Under the pieces are notes generated by a model that was given only the letters and a program-made list of their open reading frames with translations, was not told the DNA's origin and did no database searches. Of a stretch of 59,749 nt of DNA, positions 9,174 through 18,861 are shown piece after piece (within the stretch, counting starts at the first letter, position 1; every line of letters begins with the position of its first letter). Origin of the DNA: Candidatus Woesearchaeota archaeon. GTDB lineage: Archaea > Nanobdellota > Nanobdellia > SCGC-AAA011-G17 > VGLX01. Both the position numbers and the translations under genes were made by a program. The stretch lies in contig CAYSAF010000004.1 of the NCBI GenBank assembly GCA_964428965.1, forward strand, positions 1 through 59,749. The letters run 5' to 3'.

Positions 9174-9698
9174 ATGATTTCAAAGCTTCTTGCTGCCCAG
9201 AAGAACGGTCTTAAGATTCCTGTTAAGAAGAAGGATGTTGTTATCTACCTTGGCGCTTCTCATGGCGTTACCGCTAAGCTCCTTGCCGATATGGTTGGTC
9301 GTCAGGGTTTCGTTTTCTGTCTTGGCGTCTCTCCAGGGACCATGATGCATCTTGTTCATGTTTGTGAGGAAGAGGAGAACATGGCCCCCCTTCTTTTTGA
9401 TCCGAACAAGCCTGAATTATACAAGAAACACGTTCCTAAGGTCGATGTTATCTACCAGGATGTAGCTGAGAAAAATCAGGTTGAGATTTTGAAAAAGAAT
9501 GCTGACGTGTTCCTTAAGGATTATGGTTATGCAATTCTTGTTTTGAAAACAAAAAGCGTTGATGTCATCCAGGATAAGGAGATTATTTTGAATCTTGTTC
9601 TTGATGAGTTGAAGAAGTTCCTTGAGGTTGTTGATTACGTTGATTTAAGCCCTTATCACAGGGAGCATTTTTTTATTGTTTGTCGTAAGAACGAATGA
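9174..9698 (+). CDS. flpA: Fibrillarin-like rRNA/tRNA 2'-O-methyltransferase (short form)
   Basis: SKLLAA, YLGASHGVT, IYQDVAEKNQ, LVLK...VD and PYHREH match the fibrillarin catalytic domain. Confidence 0.8.
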   Translation: MISKLLAAQKNGLKIPVKKKDVVIYLGASHGVTAKLLADMVGRQGFVFCLGVSPGTMMHLVHVCEEEENMAPLLFDPNKPELYKKHVPKVDVIYQDVAEKNQVEILKKNADVFLKDYGYAILVLKTKSVDVIQDKEIILNLVLDELKKFLEVVDYVDLSPYHREHFFIVCRKNE

Positions 9699-9733
9699 GA
9701 AGTTTTATAAGATTTCTTATCTTATTTTTCTCT

Positions 9734-10357
9734 ATGATTAAATTGTCTCCTTCAAAGCTTAATCTTTTTGTTGATTGTCCTAGGTGTTTCTGGCTTAAGA
9801 TGAACAAGGATGTTGAGAGGCCTGGCGGTCCCATGGCCGGTGTTTTGACTAAGATGGATTCTGTGATCAAGCATTATTTTGACAAGTACCGTGACGGCGA
9901 TTCCTTGCCCCCAATAATAAGGGGTAAGGTTGATGGAAGGTTGGCGAAGAACATGCCTAAGACTTTGTATTTTAATGATGGTGATGTTACTGTTTCAGGT
10001 GTTCCTGATGACTACATTGAAATTGATGGTGCCGTAGTTCCTCTTGATCATAAGGTTTCTAGGGGTAAGTCTGCTGAGGAGACGCATAGGGCTTACATCC
10101 TTCAGCTTGATTTTTACTGTTTCCTTATTAAGGTGAACGGTTATAAGATCAGGAACGAGGGTTACCTTGCCTACTACTATCCTGATGACTGCGACCTTCA
10201 TGACGGCGTTGACATATGCTGCAATGTCGTTAAATTAAGAACAGACCCTGCCCGTGCCAAGAGGATATTGGATAAGGCTGTTAAGCTTTTAGAGGGTGAC
10301 ATGCCCAAGCCCAGTGCCGAGTGTGAGTTCTGCAAGTACAGGAAGTTGAAGTTTTAG
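9734..10357 (+). CDS. PD-(D/E)XK nuclease family protein (Cas4/AddB-like Fe-S type)
   Basis: LSPSKLNLFVDCPRCFW, GVPDD...LDHK, QLDFY and C-terminal CEFCKY. Confidence 0.8.
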   Translation: MIKLSPSKLNLFVDCPRCFWLKMNKDVERPGGPMAGVLTKMDSVIKHYFDKYRDGDSLPPIIRGKVDGRLAKNMPKTLYFNDGDVTVSGVPDDYIEIDGAVVPLDHKVSRGKSAEETHRAYILQLDFYCFLIKVNGYKIRNEGYLAYYYPDDCDLHDGVDICCNVVKLRTDPARAKRILDKAVKLLEGDMPKPSAECEFCKYRKLKF

Positions 10358-10379
10358 AATTTTATTTTTTAGCTGGTTA

Positions 10380-10991
10380 TTATGGTGGGTATACTCCACG
10401 TATTTTCTTTAACCTGCTCGGATACCCCATTCTGTGTAGCGCTCTTTTTTTTATAAAATTTATATACGACCTAGTTACCCCGAAATGCTCTGCAATCTGT
10501 TTTACTGTGAGTTCTTCACCGTCTATTCCGAACCTCATCCTTAAAATCTGTTCTTCCCTAGGGCTTAGGCTTTTTAGTATTTCGTCTACAACCTCTATGG
10601 TGGCTTTTTTCATGATTTCTTCCTCGGGTGAGGGATAGTATGGTATTTCTTCTCTTGGTGCTGGCTGTGAGAGGTAAATGAGATCTTCTAATGGCACTTG
10701 TCTTTCCTTGTAGTATCTTACTCTTGGTTTTATTATCTTAAGTTCTATCGGGAAAACTTCTTTCTTTTTTATTGGTACTCCATGGTCCTTGTAGAATTTG
10801 CAGATTTTTCTCTGGTCTCTTAGTTTTGGGTATAATTTCATGCCTTCGTACTTTATGTATTTCCAGTATCTTATTTCTGTGTCCTCTGCTACTTTCTTCG
10901 CGGTTAATTCTAATTGTTCCCTTGCTCCGACTAGCTTGGCGTTCTTCACCTTCATTTCCAGTCTTAGCGAAAATTTTCTTTCTTTTTCCAT
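10380..10991 (-). CDS. Protein with C-terminal sigma-70 region 4-like HTH
   Basis: LKSLSPREEQILRMRFGIDGEELTVKQIAEHFGVTRSYINFIKKRALHRM. Confidence 0.75.
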   Translation of the reverse strand: MEKERKFSLRLEMKVKNAKLVGAREQLELTAKKVAEDTEIRYWKYIKYEGMKLYPKLRDQRKICKFYKDHGVPIKKKEVFPIELKIIKPRVRYYKERQVPLEDLIYLSQPAPREEIPYYPSPEEEIMKKATIEVVDEILKSLSPREEQILRMRFGIDGEELTVKQIAEHFGVTRSYINFIKKRALHRMGYPSRLKKIRGVYPP

Positions 10992-11065
10992 TTTGATGAA
11001 GTGCCGTCCTTATAGCTGTGGCTGTGCCCTTTTTCTGTTTATAACTCTTTTGGTTAGAATGGCTT

Positions 11066-11589
11066 TGCCCGAATAGTCCCCGAAAAGTCTGACTTATCAG
11101 GCAGATGTAATACTTCTCAGGCAGAAAGTAGTTAGTGGAATTGTTGTTTTGTTTTACAGAAATAATTATCGTATCTTAGGGCTTCTTCTTCATTATCAAA
11201 ATGTTTTCTGCATACCCCACAAATCCAGCAAGTTTTACAATCCACACAATCTAAATTTCTTAAAGCAAACATAACCAACCCTCAAAAACTATCTTCTTAA
11301 AATGTGTTTTGTCCTGAAATCCGTAAGAAGCTATACTCAGACCGAAAATCGGTGGTTTTATAAAAAAACAATGGATATTCGTAAGGGTATGAATAGGAAA
11401 TTTGATATTAAAACTGACTTGGGAGACAAGGAATTAGTTAGAGCTAAGTGTATTATCTGTAATGGCAGTTATTTCGAAGTTTTAATCAAAGGCAAAAAGA
11501 AAGCACCTTACACCTTTGTCTGTGAAGAATGTAAACCCAAACTAACCCCTTAATCCTACTTTTCGGGCATCTTCCTTACTATTCGGGCA
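11066..11589. repeat. Paired inverted motifs TGCCCGAAWAGT bracketing ~520 bp
   Basis: TGCCCGAATAGT 11066-11077 vs ACTATTCGGGCA 11578-11589; CCCGAAAAGT 11079-11088 vs ACTTTTCGGG 11558-11567. Confidence 0.6.
11371..11553 (+). CDS. Small zinc-ribbon protein
   Basis: CIIC...CEEC; start uncertain. Confidence 0.55.
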   Translation: MDIRKGMNRKFDIKTDLGDKELVRAKCIICNGSYFEVLIKGKKKAPYTFVCEECKPKLTP

Positions 11590-11761
11590 GGGGTCACTAA
11601 TCAGGCAAAGCTGGTTAGAATTAATTCTCACACCTGATTTCACTGATTTTTTCTGTAAGCTTTCCGCTTTTTCCTTGTTAACCCCTATTAAGTGCTTAGA
11701 TTTTGGTATGCTTAATAGAAAGTTTTAAATATATGACTTGTCAAGTCATAGGTAGGCATGG

Positions 11762-12091
11762 ATGAAGATACTGATACAGGGCCTTAATGAGTTTTATGGT
11801 GAGAACGTAAGGCTTGTTAAAACATTGATGAAGAGGGAATCGCCTGAAGAGTATCCTGACCTAATGAAATGGAAGCTCCAGATGCTTTATTTTGACGGTG
11901 ATAACTGGATGGAAATTTGCAGGATTGATAACTACCTTAATGAAAACCAGAAGGGAAGCCACATCCATGTTTATGGCAGAAGAGGGGTAAATTGGGTTGG
12001 GATTACTTTTGAAGATGCAAAAGATGTCATCAAGGAGATTAGTGCAAGAATACTCAAGCAAGAATTTAAGGAGGATATAAAATTTATATGA
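11762..12091 (+). CDS. Putative toxin (DUF6516/TumE-like)
   Basis: RIDNY...GSHIHV motif; coupled to a downstream HTH gene. Confidence 0.55.
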   Translation: MKILIQGLNEFYGENVRLVKTLMKRESPEEYPDLMKWKLQMLYFDGDNWMEICRIDNYLNENQKGSHIHVYGRRGVNWVGITFEDAKDVIKEISARILKQEFKEDIKFI

Positions 12092-12438
12092 AAACAAATT
12101 GTAAAATTATAATTGTTGAATCTGTAAGTCAATACAGCAGAGAGATTGATAATAAAATAAAGAATAATACCCTCCGCAAGCCTGTAAAGGGTATGGTTAT
12201 GACTCCTGAGACTTTCAACAAGGTGTTCAGCCCTGAGAGAATAAAGCTTTTGCAGAGGATTTACAGGAACGATGTGAAGAACATCTACCAGCTGGCTAAG
12301 GAATTGGGTAAGCCGTATGAGGTTGTTTTCAGGAACATAAAATATCTCCATGGTTTGGGTTTGATCGAGATTGAGGAAAAAGACAACAAAAGTATTCCTC
12401 GTATGCGTTGCAAGCCTTCTATAGAACTGGTAGTTTGA
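12088..12438 (+). CDS. Putative HTH antitoxin/regulator (HVO_A0114-like)
   Basis: FSPERIKLL...NIYQLAKELGKPYEVVFRNIKYL wHTH. Confidence 0.65.
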   Translation: MKTNCKIIIVESVSQYSREIDNKIKNNTLRKPVKGMVMTPETFNKVFSPERIKLLQRIYRNDVKNIYQLAKELGKPYEVVFRNIKYLHGLGLIEIEEKDNKSIPRMRCKPSIELVV

Positions 12439-12474
12439 GTTATTTCCCTTCAGGCCTCACGGATAATCCTATTT

Positions 12475-12807
12475 TCATCTCGTGAATATCTCGCAAAGCT
12501 TGTTCTCAACTTCCTTTATTTTTATTTCTTGCAACTCCCCTATTTTGCTTATTATGATTGTTGTGTCTGCTGTGAATATTTTTGTCGGCCTTGCATAGCT
12601 TGTTATGTTTAGTTTTCCTTTTTGGAAGTCTTTTTCTGTTATAGCAATCGCATCTTTGTCTTCTCTTGCTTGGCTTGTTATCTGGCACAGTATGATATCT
12701 TCTCCTTTTAATGTGGCTACAACCAGGCATGGCCTATTTTTTATAGAACTTAGATCAGAGAATGGGAATGGTATTAGTACTATGTCCCCTTTTGCAAGTC
12801 CTTCCAT
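12475..12807 (-). CDS. mazF: PemK/MazF-family toxin
   Basis: KGDIVLIPFPFSD...KNRPCLVV...CQITS. Confidence 0.88.
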   Translation of the reverse strand: MEGLAKGDIVLIPFPFSDLSSIKNRPCLVVATLKGEDIILCQITSQAREDKDAIAITEKDFQKGKLNITSYARPTKIFTADTTIIISKIGELQEIKIKEVENKLCEIFTR

Positions 12808-13043
12808 GCTTCGTCTTCCTCTTTGGTGTTCCACTCTTTTGCCAGGCTTTTTTCGCTTAGCAGCATTGTTGTCATTTTTTTTATCTGATCCATGGGCCTT
12901 AACTCTATCCTGTCATCGTATACAAGAATTGCTATCTTTGTCCCTTTTTTGAATCCCTTTATGTCTCTTGCTGTGTTGGGTATGCATATCTGTCCTTTTC
13001 CTGTTATTGTGGCTGTTTTTATTTCTTTAAGTTCTGTTTTCAT
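12780..13043 (-). CDS. AbrB/MazE-family antitoxin
   Basis: TATITGKGQICIP swapped-hairpin motif; directly upstream of mazF. Confidence 0.85.
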   Translation of the reverse strand: MKTELKEIKTATITGKGQICIPNTARDIKGFKKGTKIAILVYDDRIELRPMDQIKKMTTMLLSEKSLAKEWNTKEEDEAWKDLQKGT

Positions 13044-13169
13044 GTTATTACAAGTAAGAAATGTAAGATTATAAAGCTTTTGTTTTTCAAAAAGTTCTTG
13101 TTCCATGCATTAAGTTTGGATTTATCTTTTTATATGTGTTTTTTACGTTTTTCCGTAAATCTTTCAGAA

Positions 13170-14657
13170 TTACTTCCCTTCAGGCCTCATCATAGGGAAG
13201 AAAACCACATCCCTTATCGATTCTTGATTTGTTAGTATCGTGAACAGCCTGTCTATCCCAAGTCCCAGCCCTGCTGTTGGCGGAAATCCCACCTCTACCG
13301 CTTCCAGGAAGTTCTCGTCCATCATCTGCGCCTCCCTGTCTCCCTGTTCTCTCATCTTTGCCTGCTCCTCAAACCTTTTTCTCTGGTCCACCGGGTCGTT
13401 TAGTTCTGAGAATCCGTTTGTTATTTCTACTCCTGCTATTATCACCTGGTATCTTTCTGTCTTGTTTGGGTTGTCTCTTTTTCTTTTTGCCAGTGGTGAG
13501 ACTTCTACTGGGTGGTTGATTAAGAACACCGGTCCTGTTATTTTTGGCCTTACGTGTTTCTTGTATAGCTGGTCTATTACCCTTCCCTTGCCTACGTTGT
13601 AGTCTATTCCCCCTCCCAGGTTCCTCTTGTCTATCTCTTTTATCAGCTCTTCTTTTGTTTTTGTCTTGTCCAGGTCTATTCCTGTCTCTTTCTTTACTGT
13701 TTCTGTGTAGTCTATTCTTCCCCAGGGTGTCTTGAAGTTTATCTTCTTTCCTTCATAGTTGAATTCGAGCTTGTTGAACGTCTTCTTTATTGTTTCTGTG
13801 TAGAGTTTTTCCGTGAATTTCATTAATTCTTCGTAGTCTGCGTATGCTTGGTAGAGCTCTAGCATCGTGAATTCTTGTAAGTGTTGAGTGCTTATGCCTT
13901 CGTTACGGAAAACTTTGCCTAGTTCGTATATCTTTTCGTATCCTCCTACTAATAATCTCTTTAGGTGCAGTTCCAGCGCTATTCTCAAGTATAAGTCTGT
14001 GTTTAGGGCATCGTGGTGTGTTGTGAATGGTGTTGCGTCCGCTCCCCCCGGTATTTCTTCCAGTACAGGAGTTTCTACCTCCATGAATCCTTCCTGGTTT
14101 AGGAAGTTTCTTATGTTTTTTATGAATTCTGTTCTTTTTTTGAAGAGTTCTTTGGTTTCCGGGTTTACTATGAGGTCCAGGAATCTTTTCCTGTATATGG
14201 TTTCCTTGTCTTTGAGGCCGTGCCATTTTTCCGGTAACGGTCTTAGTGATTTTGCCAGGATTGTGAGTTTTTTTGCGTCTATTGTTATCTCTCCCATCTT
14301 TGTACGGAAAATATTTCCTTCTACCCCCACTATGTCGCCTATGTCTGCTGCCTTTTGGAATAGCTCGTACTGTTCCTTTCCTATTTCGTCTTCCCTTATG
14401 TAGAACTGTACTTTTCCGGTTTGGTCTTGGATTGTTGCGAAGGAAGCCTTTCCCATGCCTCTTATTGCTGTGATTCTTCCTGCTGCTGTTGCTGTTTTTT
14501 TGGTTTTTTCTTCTTTCTTCAGTTTCTTGTATGTTTCTTGGATGTCTGCTGCGTTGTCCTTCTTTTGGAAGGAGTAAGGGTAGGGGTTTATTCCCTTGTC
14601 TAGTAGGAATTTTAGTTTTTGTTTTCTTTGCTGGATTAGTTGGTCTTCTGGTTGCAT
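13170..14657 (-). CDS. lysS: Lysine--tRNA ligase, class II
   Basis: OB-fold N-terminus (AGRITAIRGMGKASF), GGADATPF, FRNEG, GLGLGIDRL, FFPMMRP. Confidence 0.96.
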   Translation of the reverse strand: MQPEDQLIQQRKQKLKFLLDKGINPYPYSFQKKDNAADIQETYKKLKKEEKTKKTATAAGRITAIRGMGKASFATIQDQTGKVQFYIREDEIGKEQYELFQKAADIGDIVGVEGNIFRTKMGEITIDAKKLTILAKSLRPLPEKWHGLKDKETIYRKRFLDLIVNPETKELFKKRTEFIKNIRNFLNQEGFMEVETPVLEEIPGGADATPFTTHHDALNTDLYLRIALELHLKRLLVGGYEKIYELGKVFRNEGISTQHLQEFTMLELYQAYADYEELMKFTEKLYTETIKKTFNKLEFNYEGKKINFKTPWGRIDYTETVKKETGIDLDKTKTKEELIKEIDKRNLGGGIDYNVGKGRVIDQLYKKHVRPKITGPVFLINHPVEVSPLAKRKRDNPNKTERYQVIIAGVEITNGFSELNDPVDQRKRFEEQAKMREQGDREAQMMDENFLEAVEVGFPPTAGLGLGIDRLFTILTNQESIRDVVFFPMMRPEGK

Positions 14658-14791
14658 GCTTTAAAATAATGGTTGGTTGTTTTTAAAGGTTTTCATGAGA
14701 AATGGAGTTCGTAAAATTTACATTTTTAAAACAGAAACTTTATATATATAAAAACCTAAAAAGAGAAAAGGATAAAGGGGGTTAATTTTCT

Positions 14792-15553
14792 TTGAAAACC
14801 GAACATAAAATAATATGTGGAGATTGTGCCAAAGAATTTAAAAAAATAAAAGATAATTCTGTAGATTTAATAATTACAGACCCACCATTTAACATAGGTA
14901 AGAAATATGGTAGGCATTACAAAGATAACATGAAAAAAGGAGAATACATAGAATGGTGTAAACAGTGGCTAAGAGAATGTATAAGGGTTCTAAAAGAAGG
15001 GGGGGCTTTATACTTATTCAATTATCCTGAAAATAATGCTTACATTATGCCCTTCTTAGATCAGCACTTAACATTCAAGAGGTGGATGACATGGCACTAC
15101 CCAGTCAATACAGGAATGTCCCCTACGAATTTTACAAGAAGCCAACATTCAATATTGTTTTACACCAAAGGAAAAAATCCGAAGGTGTTCAACAAAAAGG
15201 ATATCGCAGAACCTTACAGGAATCCAACAGACAAAAGAATAAGAGAATTGATTAAGAATGGAAGTAATGGAAAAACACCTTATGATGTCTTTCATTTTAA
15301 CATAGTAAAGAATGTGAGTAAAGACAAAACAGAGCACCCTTGTCAAATACCTGTTCCGTTAATTGAAATATTTGTCAAGGCTTCAAGTAACAAAGGAGAC
15401 ACTATTCTTGATCCATTTGGGGGCAGTTTTAGTACCGCAGCAGCCTCTAAAAAACTAGGCCGTAACTCAATTAGCATAGAATTAAACCCTGAATTTTGTA
15501 AGATAGGTAAAGAACGACTAGCAAAAATAACTACACTAAATGAATTCTTATGA
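14792..15553 (+). CDS. Site-specific DNA methyltransferase (N4-C/N6-A, beta-type motif order), TTG start
   Basis: TDPPF (motif IV) N-terminal, HPCQIP, DPFGGSFST (motif I) C-terminal. Confidence 0.92.
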   Translation: MKTEHKIICGDCAKEFKKIKDNSVDLIITDPPFNIGKKYGRHYKDNMKKGEYIEWCKQWLRECIRVLKEGGALYLFNYPENNAYIMPFLDQHLTFKRWMTWHYPVNTGMSPTNFTRSQHSILFYTKGKNPKVFNKKDIAEPYRNPTDKRIRELIKNGSNGKTPYDVFHFNIVKNVSKDKTEHPCQIPVPLIEIFVKASSNKGDTILDPFGGSFSTAAASKKLGRNSISIELNPEFCKIGKERLAKITTLNEFL

Positions 15554-16399
15554 AAGTACCGGTAGATCTTTTTCTCGCCAATCAGGTGAAAAAAGTGGGA
15601 AATATTCTTCTATTTTAGTTTTTGGGATAGGGGCCATTCCTGAGGGGGGTCTTGCAAAAGAACCAGCAAATTTTGCTATAGAATTACGGTTAAGTAATAC
15701 AGCTATTAAATTAACAAATGTAAGTAAAGTGTTCACTCTACCATAATCTTTTCTAAAATCATTATAACCTAAGGTATAAACTTTAATATCTTCATTTAAA
15801 GAAATAACTTCTAAAAAATGAAGAAAAACCCTCGTTGGAATCTCAGAAACTTTAGGAATTCTACTCTCTAAAAGTTCTACTACCTCTTCAGGCGGACAAT
15901 AACGCCAATGCCCATCTTTATCTTTTTTGTGGTCCAGCATAAATGCTGCTCTGAAAAGTAACATACCCATTAGTTCCAATCCAAGCAAATCTGAATGCAT
16001 CAATTTTTCTATTCTTTCAAACATATCCATAAATGTTAAATCTTTCCCGATTTTTTCTTCAAGCTTTAATATTTGAGGATTCATATCATTAGGATTATTA
16101 GTTTTTTCACCAGTAATATAATGTGTAATGCTTTTATAATCTGGAGCTGCTTCTTTACCAGGTTTACCAACTGCTATAACATAATCACCTATAAAATAAA
16201 GTTTAGTTATCTTACGCTTTTCTTGATTATCACCCTTTTCCCATTCAAGTGCTTCATTTACAGCTTCTATCCTATGTTGTTTAGCTAGAGGTGTTAATCT
16301 TTCATTTGGTAACTTTAATTTCTGATTTATTAAATCTAAAGTTTTTGGTGATACTCCCCTCTCTTGCATATACTTTTGGAAAGTTTTAGTTTTTTCCAT
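15548..16399 (-). CDS. Probable type II restriction endonuclease
   Basis: Convergent with and overlapping the MTase, same AT-rich composition; no recognisable family motif. Confidence 0.5.
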   Translation of the reverse strand: MEKTKTFQKYMQERGVSPKTLDLINQKLKLPNERLTPLAKQHRIEAVNEALEWEKGDNQEKRKITKLYFIGDYVIAVGKPGKEAAPDYKSITHYITGEKTNNPNDMNPQILKLEEKIGKDLTFMDMFERIEKLMHSDLLGLELMGMLLFRAAFMLDHKKDKDGHWRYCPPEEVVELLESRIPKVSEIPTRVFLHFLEVISLNEDIKVYTLGYNDFRKDYGRVNTLLTFVNLIAVLLNRNSIAKFAGSFARPPSGMAPIPKTKIEEYFPLFSPDWREKDLPVLS

Positions 16400-16508
16400 A
16401 GTAACCCCCAGTAGGTATTAGTTTTTAATTATTTGTATTTAAAAAATAAAATCGCAACCTTTATAAACCACCTCCCTTCTTTTTGATAAATTCTAGGGGG
16501 TACAAATC

Positions 16509-18119
16509 ATGGCGCAACCGCAACCTATTTTCATTTTGCCGGAAGGTTATCAGAGAACCGTGGGAAGAGACGCTCAAAGGAACAACATCATGGCAGCTAA
16601 GATAGTTGCCGAAACAGTTAGAACAACGTTAGGTCCAAAAGGCATGGACAAGATGATAGTGGATAGTTTAGGCGACATAACCATAACTAACGACGGCGTT
16701 ACAATTCTAGAGGAAATGCAGATAGAGCACCCAGCAGCAAAGATGCTAGTCGAAGTAGCCAAAACCCAGGAAGAACAGGTAGGTGATGGAACAACTACTG
16801 CAGTGGTCTTCGCAGGTGAACTCTTAAAGAACGCAGAACGATTGCTAGACCAGGAAATTCATTCAACAGTCATTGCAAAGGGTTACAGGATGGCTTCTGA
16901 AAAATCTCAAATTATTCTCAACAAGATGGCTGAACCAATCTCAATAAAGGATGAAGATTTACTAAAAAAGATAGCAATAACAGCGATGACTGGCAAGGGA
17001 GCAGAGGCTTCAAAAGAAAAACTGGCAGAGATAACAGTAAAAGCAGTTAAACAAGTTATGGAAAACAACGTCTTCAACATGGATGATATCAAGTTAGAAA
17101 AAAAGGTTGGTGATGGAACTGAGGATTCAGAGTTAATTCAAGGTATACTCCTAGACAAGGAGCGTGTCCATCCCGGAATGCCAAAAGCAGTCAAGAACGC
17201 AAAGATAGCATTGCTAGATGCAGCCTTGGAAATAAAGAACACAGAAATAGAAGCAAAAATACAAGTCACAGATCCATCTCAACTCCAAGCCTTCATGGAC
17301 CAGGAAGAATCCATGTTAAGGAAGATGGTTGACACAGTAATAAAGTCAGGTGCCAATGTGGTTGTCTGCCAGAAGGGTATTGATGACATGGCCCAGCATT
17401 TCCTTGCAAAGGCAGGTATTTATGCTGTTAGGCGTGTCAAGAGGTCAGACTTGGAAAGTTTAGCACGCGCAACTGGCGGTAAGATTGTAACAAGTTTAAA
17501 AGACTTAAGCAAAGAAGATTTAGGTGCTGCTGGCATTGTTGAAGAGCAAACCATCGGTGATGAGCAGATGACTTACGTTAAAGAGTGCAAGAATCCCAAG
17601 GCAGTTACTTTGTTAGTCAGAGGTGGAACCCAGCATGTTGTTGATGAGGTAGAGAGAGCTGTCAAGGATGCTGTTGGTGACATTGCTGCTTCTTTGAAGG
17701 TTGGCAAGGTTGTTGCAGGTGCAGGTGCAGTGGAGATTGCATTAGCTAGGGAATTAAGGAGGTTTGCCAACTCCTTGAGCGGCAGGGAACAGCTTGCTGT
17801 TAACTCTTTTGCTGATTCCATTGAGATAATCCCAAGGACTTTAGCAGAAAACGCAGGCCTAGACCCTATTGATATGCTTACTGATATGAAGTCTAAGCAT
17901 GATAAGGGCATGAAGTGGGCTGGGATTGATGTTTTTTCTGGAAAGGTTGTTGATGCCTGGAAGACAGGTGTTATTGAGCCTTTGAAGATTAAGACCCAGG
18001 CAATAAAGTCAGCTTCAGAAGTCTCAGAGATGATTTTGAGGATAGACGATGTTATCGCCGGTTCTGGCAGTAAGGAAAAGGCTCCTGCAATGCCTCCTGG
18101 TGGTTATGGTGAAATGTAA
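16509..18119 (+). CDS. ths: Thermosome (group II chaperonin) subunit
   Basis: [38 protein letters not shown]. Confidence 0.97.
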   Translation: MAQPQPIFILPEGYQRTVGRDAQRNNIMAAKIVAETVRTTLGPKGMDKMIVDSLGDITITNDGVTILEEMQIEHPAAKMLVEVAKTQEEQVGDGTTTAVVFAGELLKNAERLLDQEIHSTVIAKGYRMASEKSQIILNKMAEPISIKDEDLLKKIAITAMTGKGAEASKEKLAEITVKAVKQVMENNVFNMDDIKLEKKVGDGTEDSELIQGILLDKERVHPGMPKAVKNAKIALLDAALEIKNTEIEAKIQVTDPSQLQAFMDQEESMLRKMVDTVIKSGANVVVCQKGIDDMAQHFLAKAGIYAVRRVKRSDLESLARATGGKIVTSLKDLSKEDLGAAGIVEEQTIGDEQMTYVKECKNPKAVTLLVRGGTQHVVDEVERAVKDAVGDIAASLKVGKVVAGAGAVEIALARELRRFANSLSGREQLAVNSFADSIEIIPRTLAENAGLDPIDMLTDMKSKHDKGMKWAGIDVFSGKVVDAWKTGVIEPLKIKTQAIKSASEVSEMILRIDDVIAGSGSKEKAPAMPPGGYGEM

Positions 18120-18135
18120 TTTTTGGGAAAAGGCT

Positions 18136-18732
18136 GTGTACTATAAGTTAGATAAAGAACTGCATCCTGAAAGGTTGGAAGAGGTTGATGCTTACAGGGT
18201 TTTTGGTCCTAATTCTCGTCCTAATTCTCACAGGCAGGGAAGAAGGCTTGATGTTCTCGGGCGTAATTCGAAAGGTCGTCTCTATCACATAATTCACGAC
18301 GCTGATACCGGTAAGGTTTGGGAGGAGAACCCAATTAAGGGAAAAACCAATAATGGTTTGTATCGGAGCATTATATGTTCTGCTGTTGGTGTGGGTCTCC
18401 CTTGGCTTGTCTACGAGTTGATGCCTGGGCAGCGTAAGAGGAGATCTATTACAGGGGATTACAACCAGCTTGTTGAGATTATCAGGGGAGAAAACATGAA
18501 GGATTTGACAAAGGCTGTTAAGGATATAAAGGTTTATCAGCTTCCCATGGATGACGTTTCCAAACTCCTTAATAAGGAATTAGAACTTGTTGATACGAAA
18601 AATCCTGAGACTTTCATAAAGGCTGAGGACACTTTCTGGTTAAGGGTTAGAGCTCATGAGTTGGATGCTGACGCTGTTGTTACTTACAACCCAGGCTCTT
18701 CTATCGGCACTCCTGTTAGGTTTAAGAAATAG
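18136..18732 (+). CDS. Hypothetical protein, C-terminus YbjQ-like (probable GTG start)
   Basis: Open frame after the ths stop; LRVRAHELDADAVV...GTPVR. Confidence 0.55.
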   Translation: MYYKLDKELHPERLEEVDAYRVFGPNSRPNSHRQGRRLDVLGRNSKGRLYHIIHDADTGKVWEENPIKGKTNNGLYRSIICSAVGVGLPWLVYELMPGQRKRRSITGDYNQLVEIIRGENMKDLTKAVKDIKVYQLPMDDVSKLLNKELELVDTKNPETFIKAEDTFWLRVRAHELDADAVVTYNPGSSIGTPVRFKK

Positions 18733-18861
18733 TTATTTAAGGCCTAGCTCTTTTTCAACTTCTTCCAGTGTTTTTCCTTTTCCCTTCTTGTAATCCCTAA
18801 GGGCCTCTTTTATTTCCCTCATTGTTTCCGGGTCTTCTAGCACCTCTCTTGTTTCTTTCAT
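18733..18861 (-). CDS. Small antitoxin-like protein, 42 aa, not in the ORF track
   Basis: MKETREVLEDPETMREIKEALRDYKKGKGKTLEEVEKELGLK*, resembling RelB-type C-termini (compare 2347..2565). Confidence 0.55.
   Translation of the reverse strand: MKETREVLEDPETMREIKEALRDYKKGKGKTLEEVEKELGLK

Larger units (their letters stand above)
12440..13189. repeat. 20-bp direct repeat (19/20) duplicating the lysS 3' end around a TA module
   Basis: TTATTTCCCTTCAGGCCTCA 12440-12459 vs TTACTTCCCTTCAGGCCTCA 13170-13189. Confidence 0.8.

Noticed and set aside
9734-10357. Cas4-like gene as evidence of a CRISPR-Cas system
   Set aside because: No repeat-spacer array or other cas genes in the window; it is a stand-alone PD-(D/E)XK protein.
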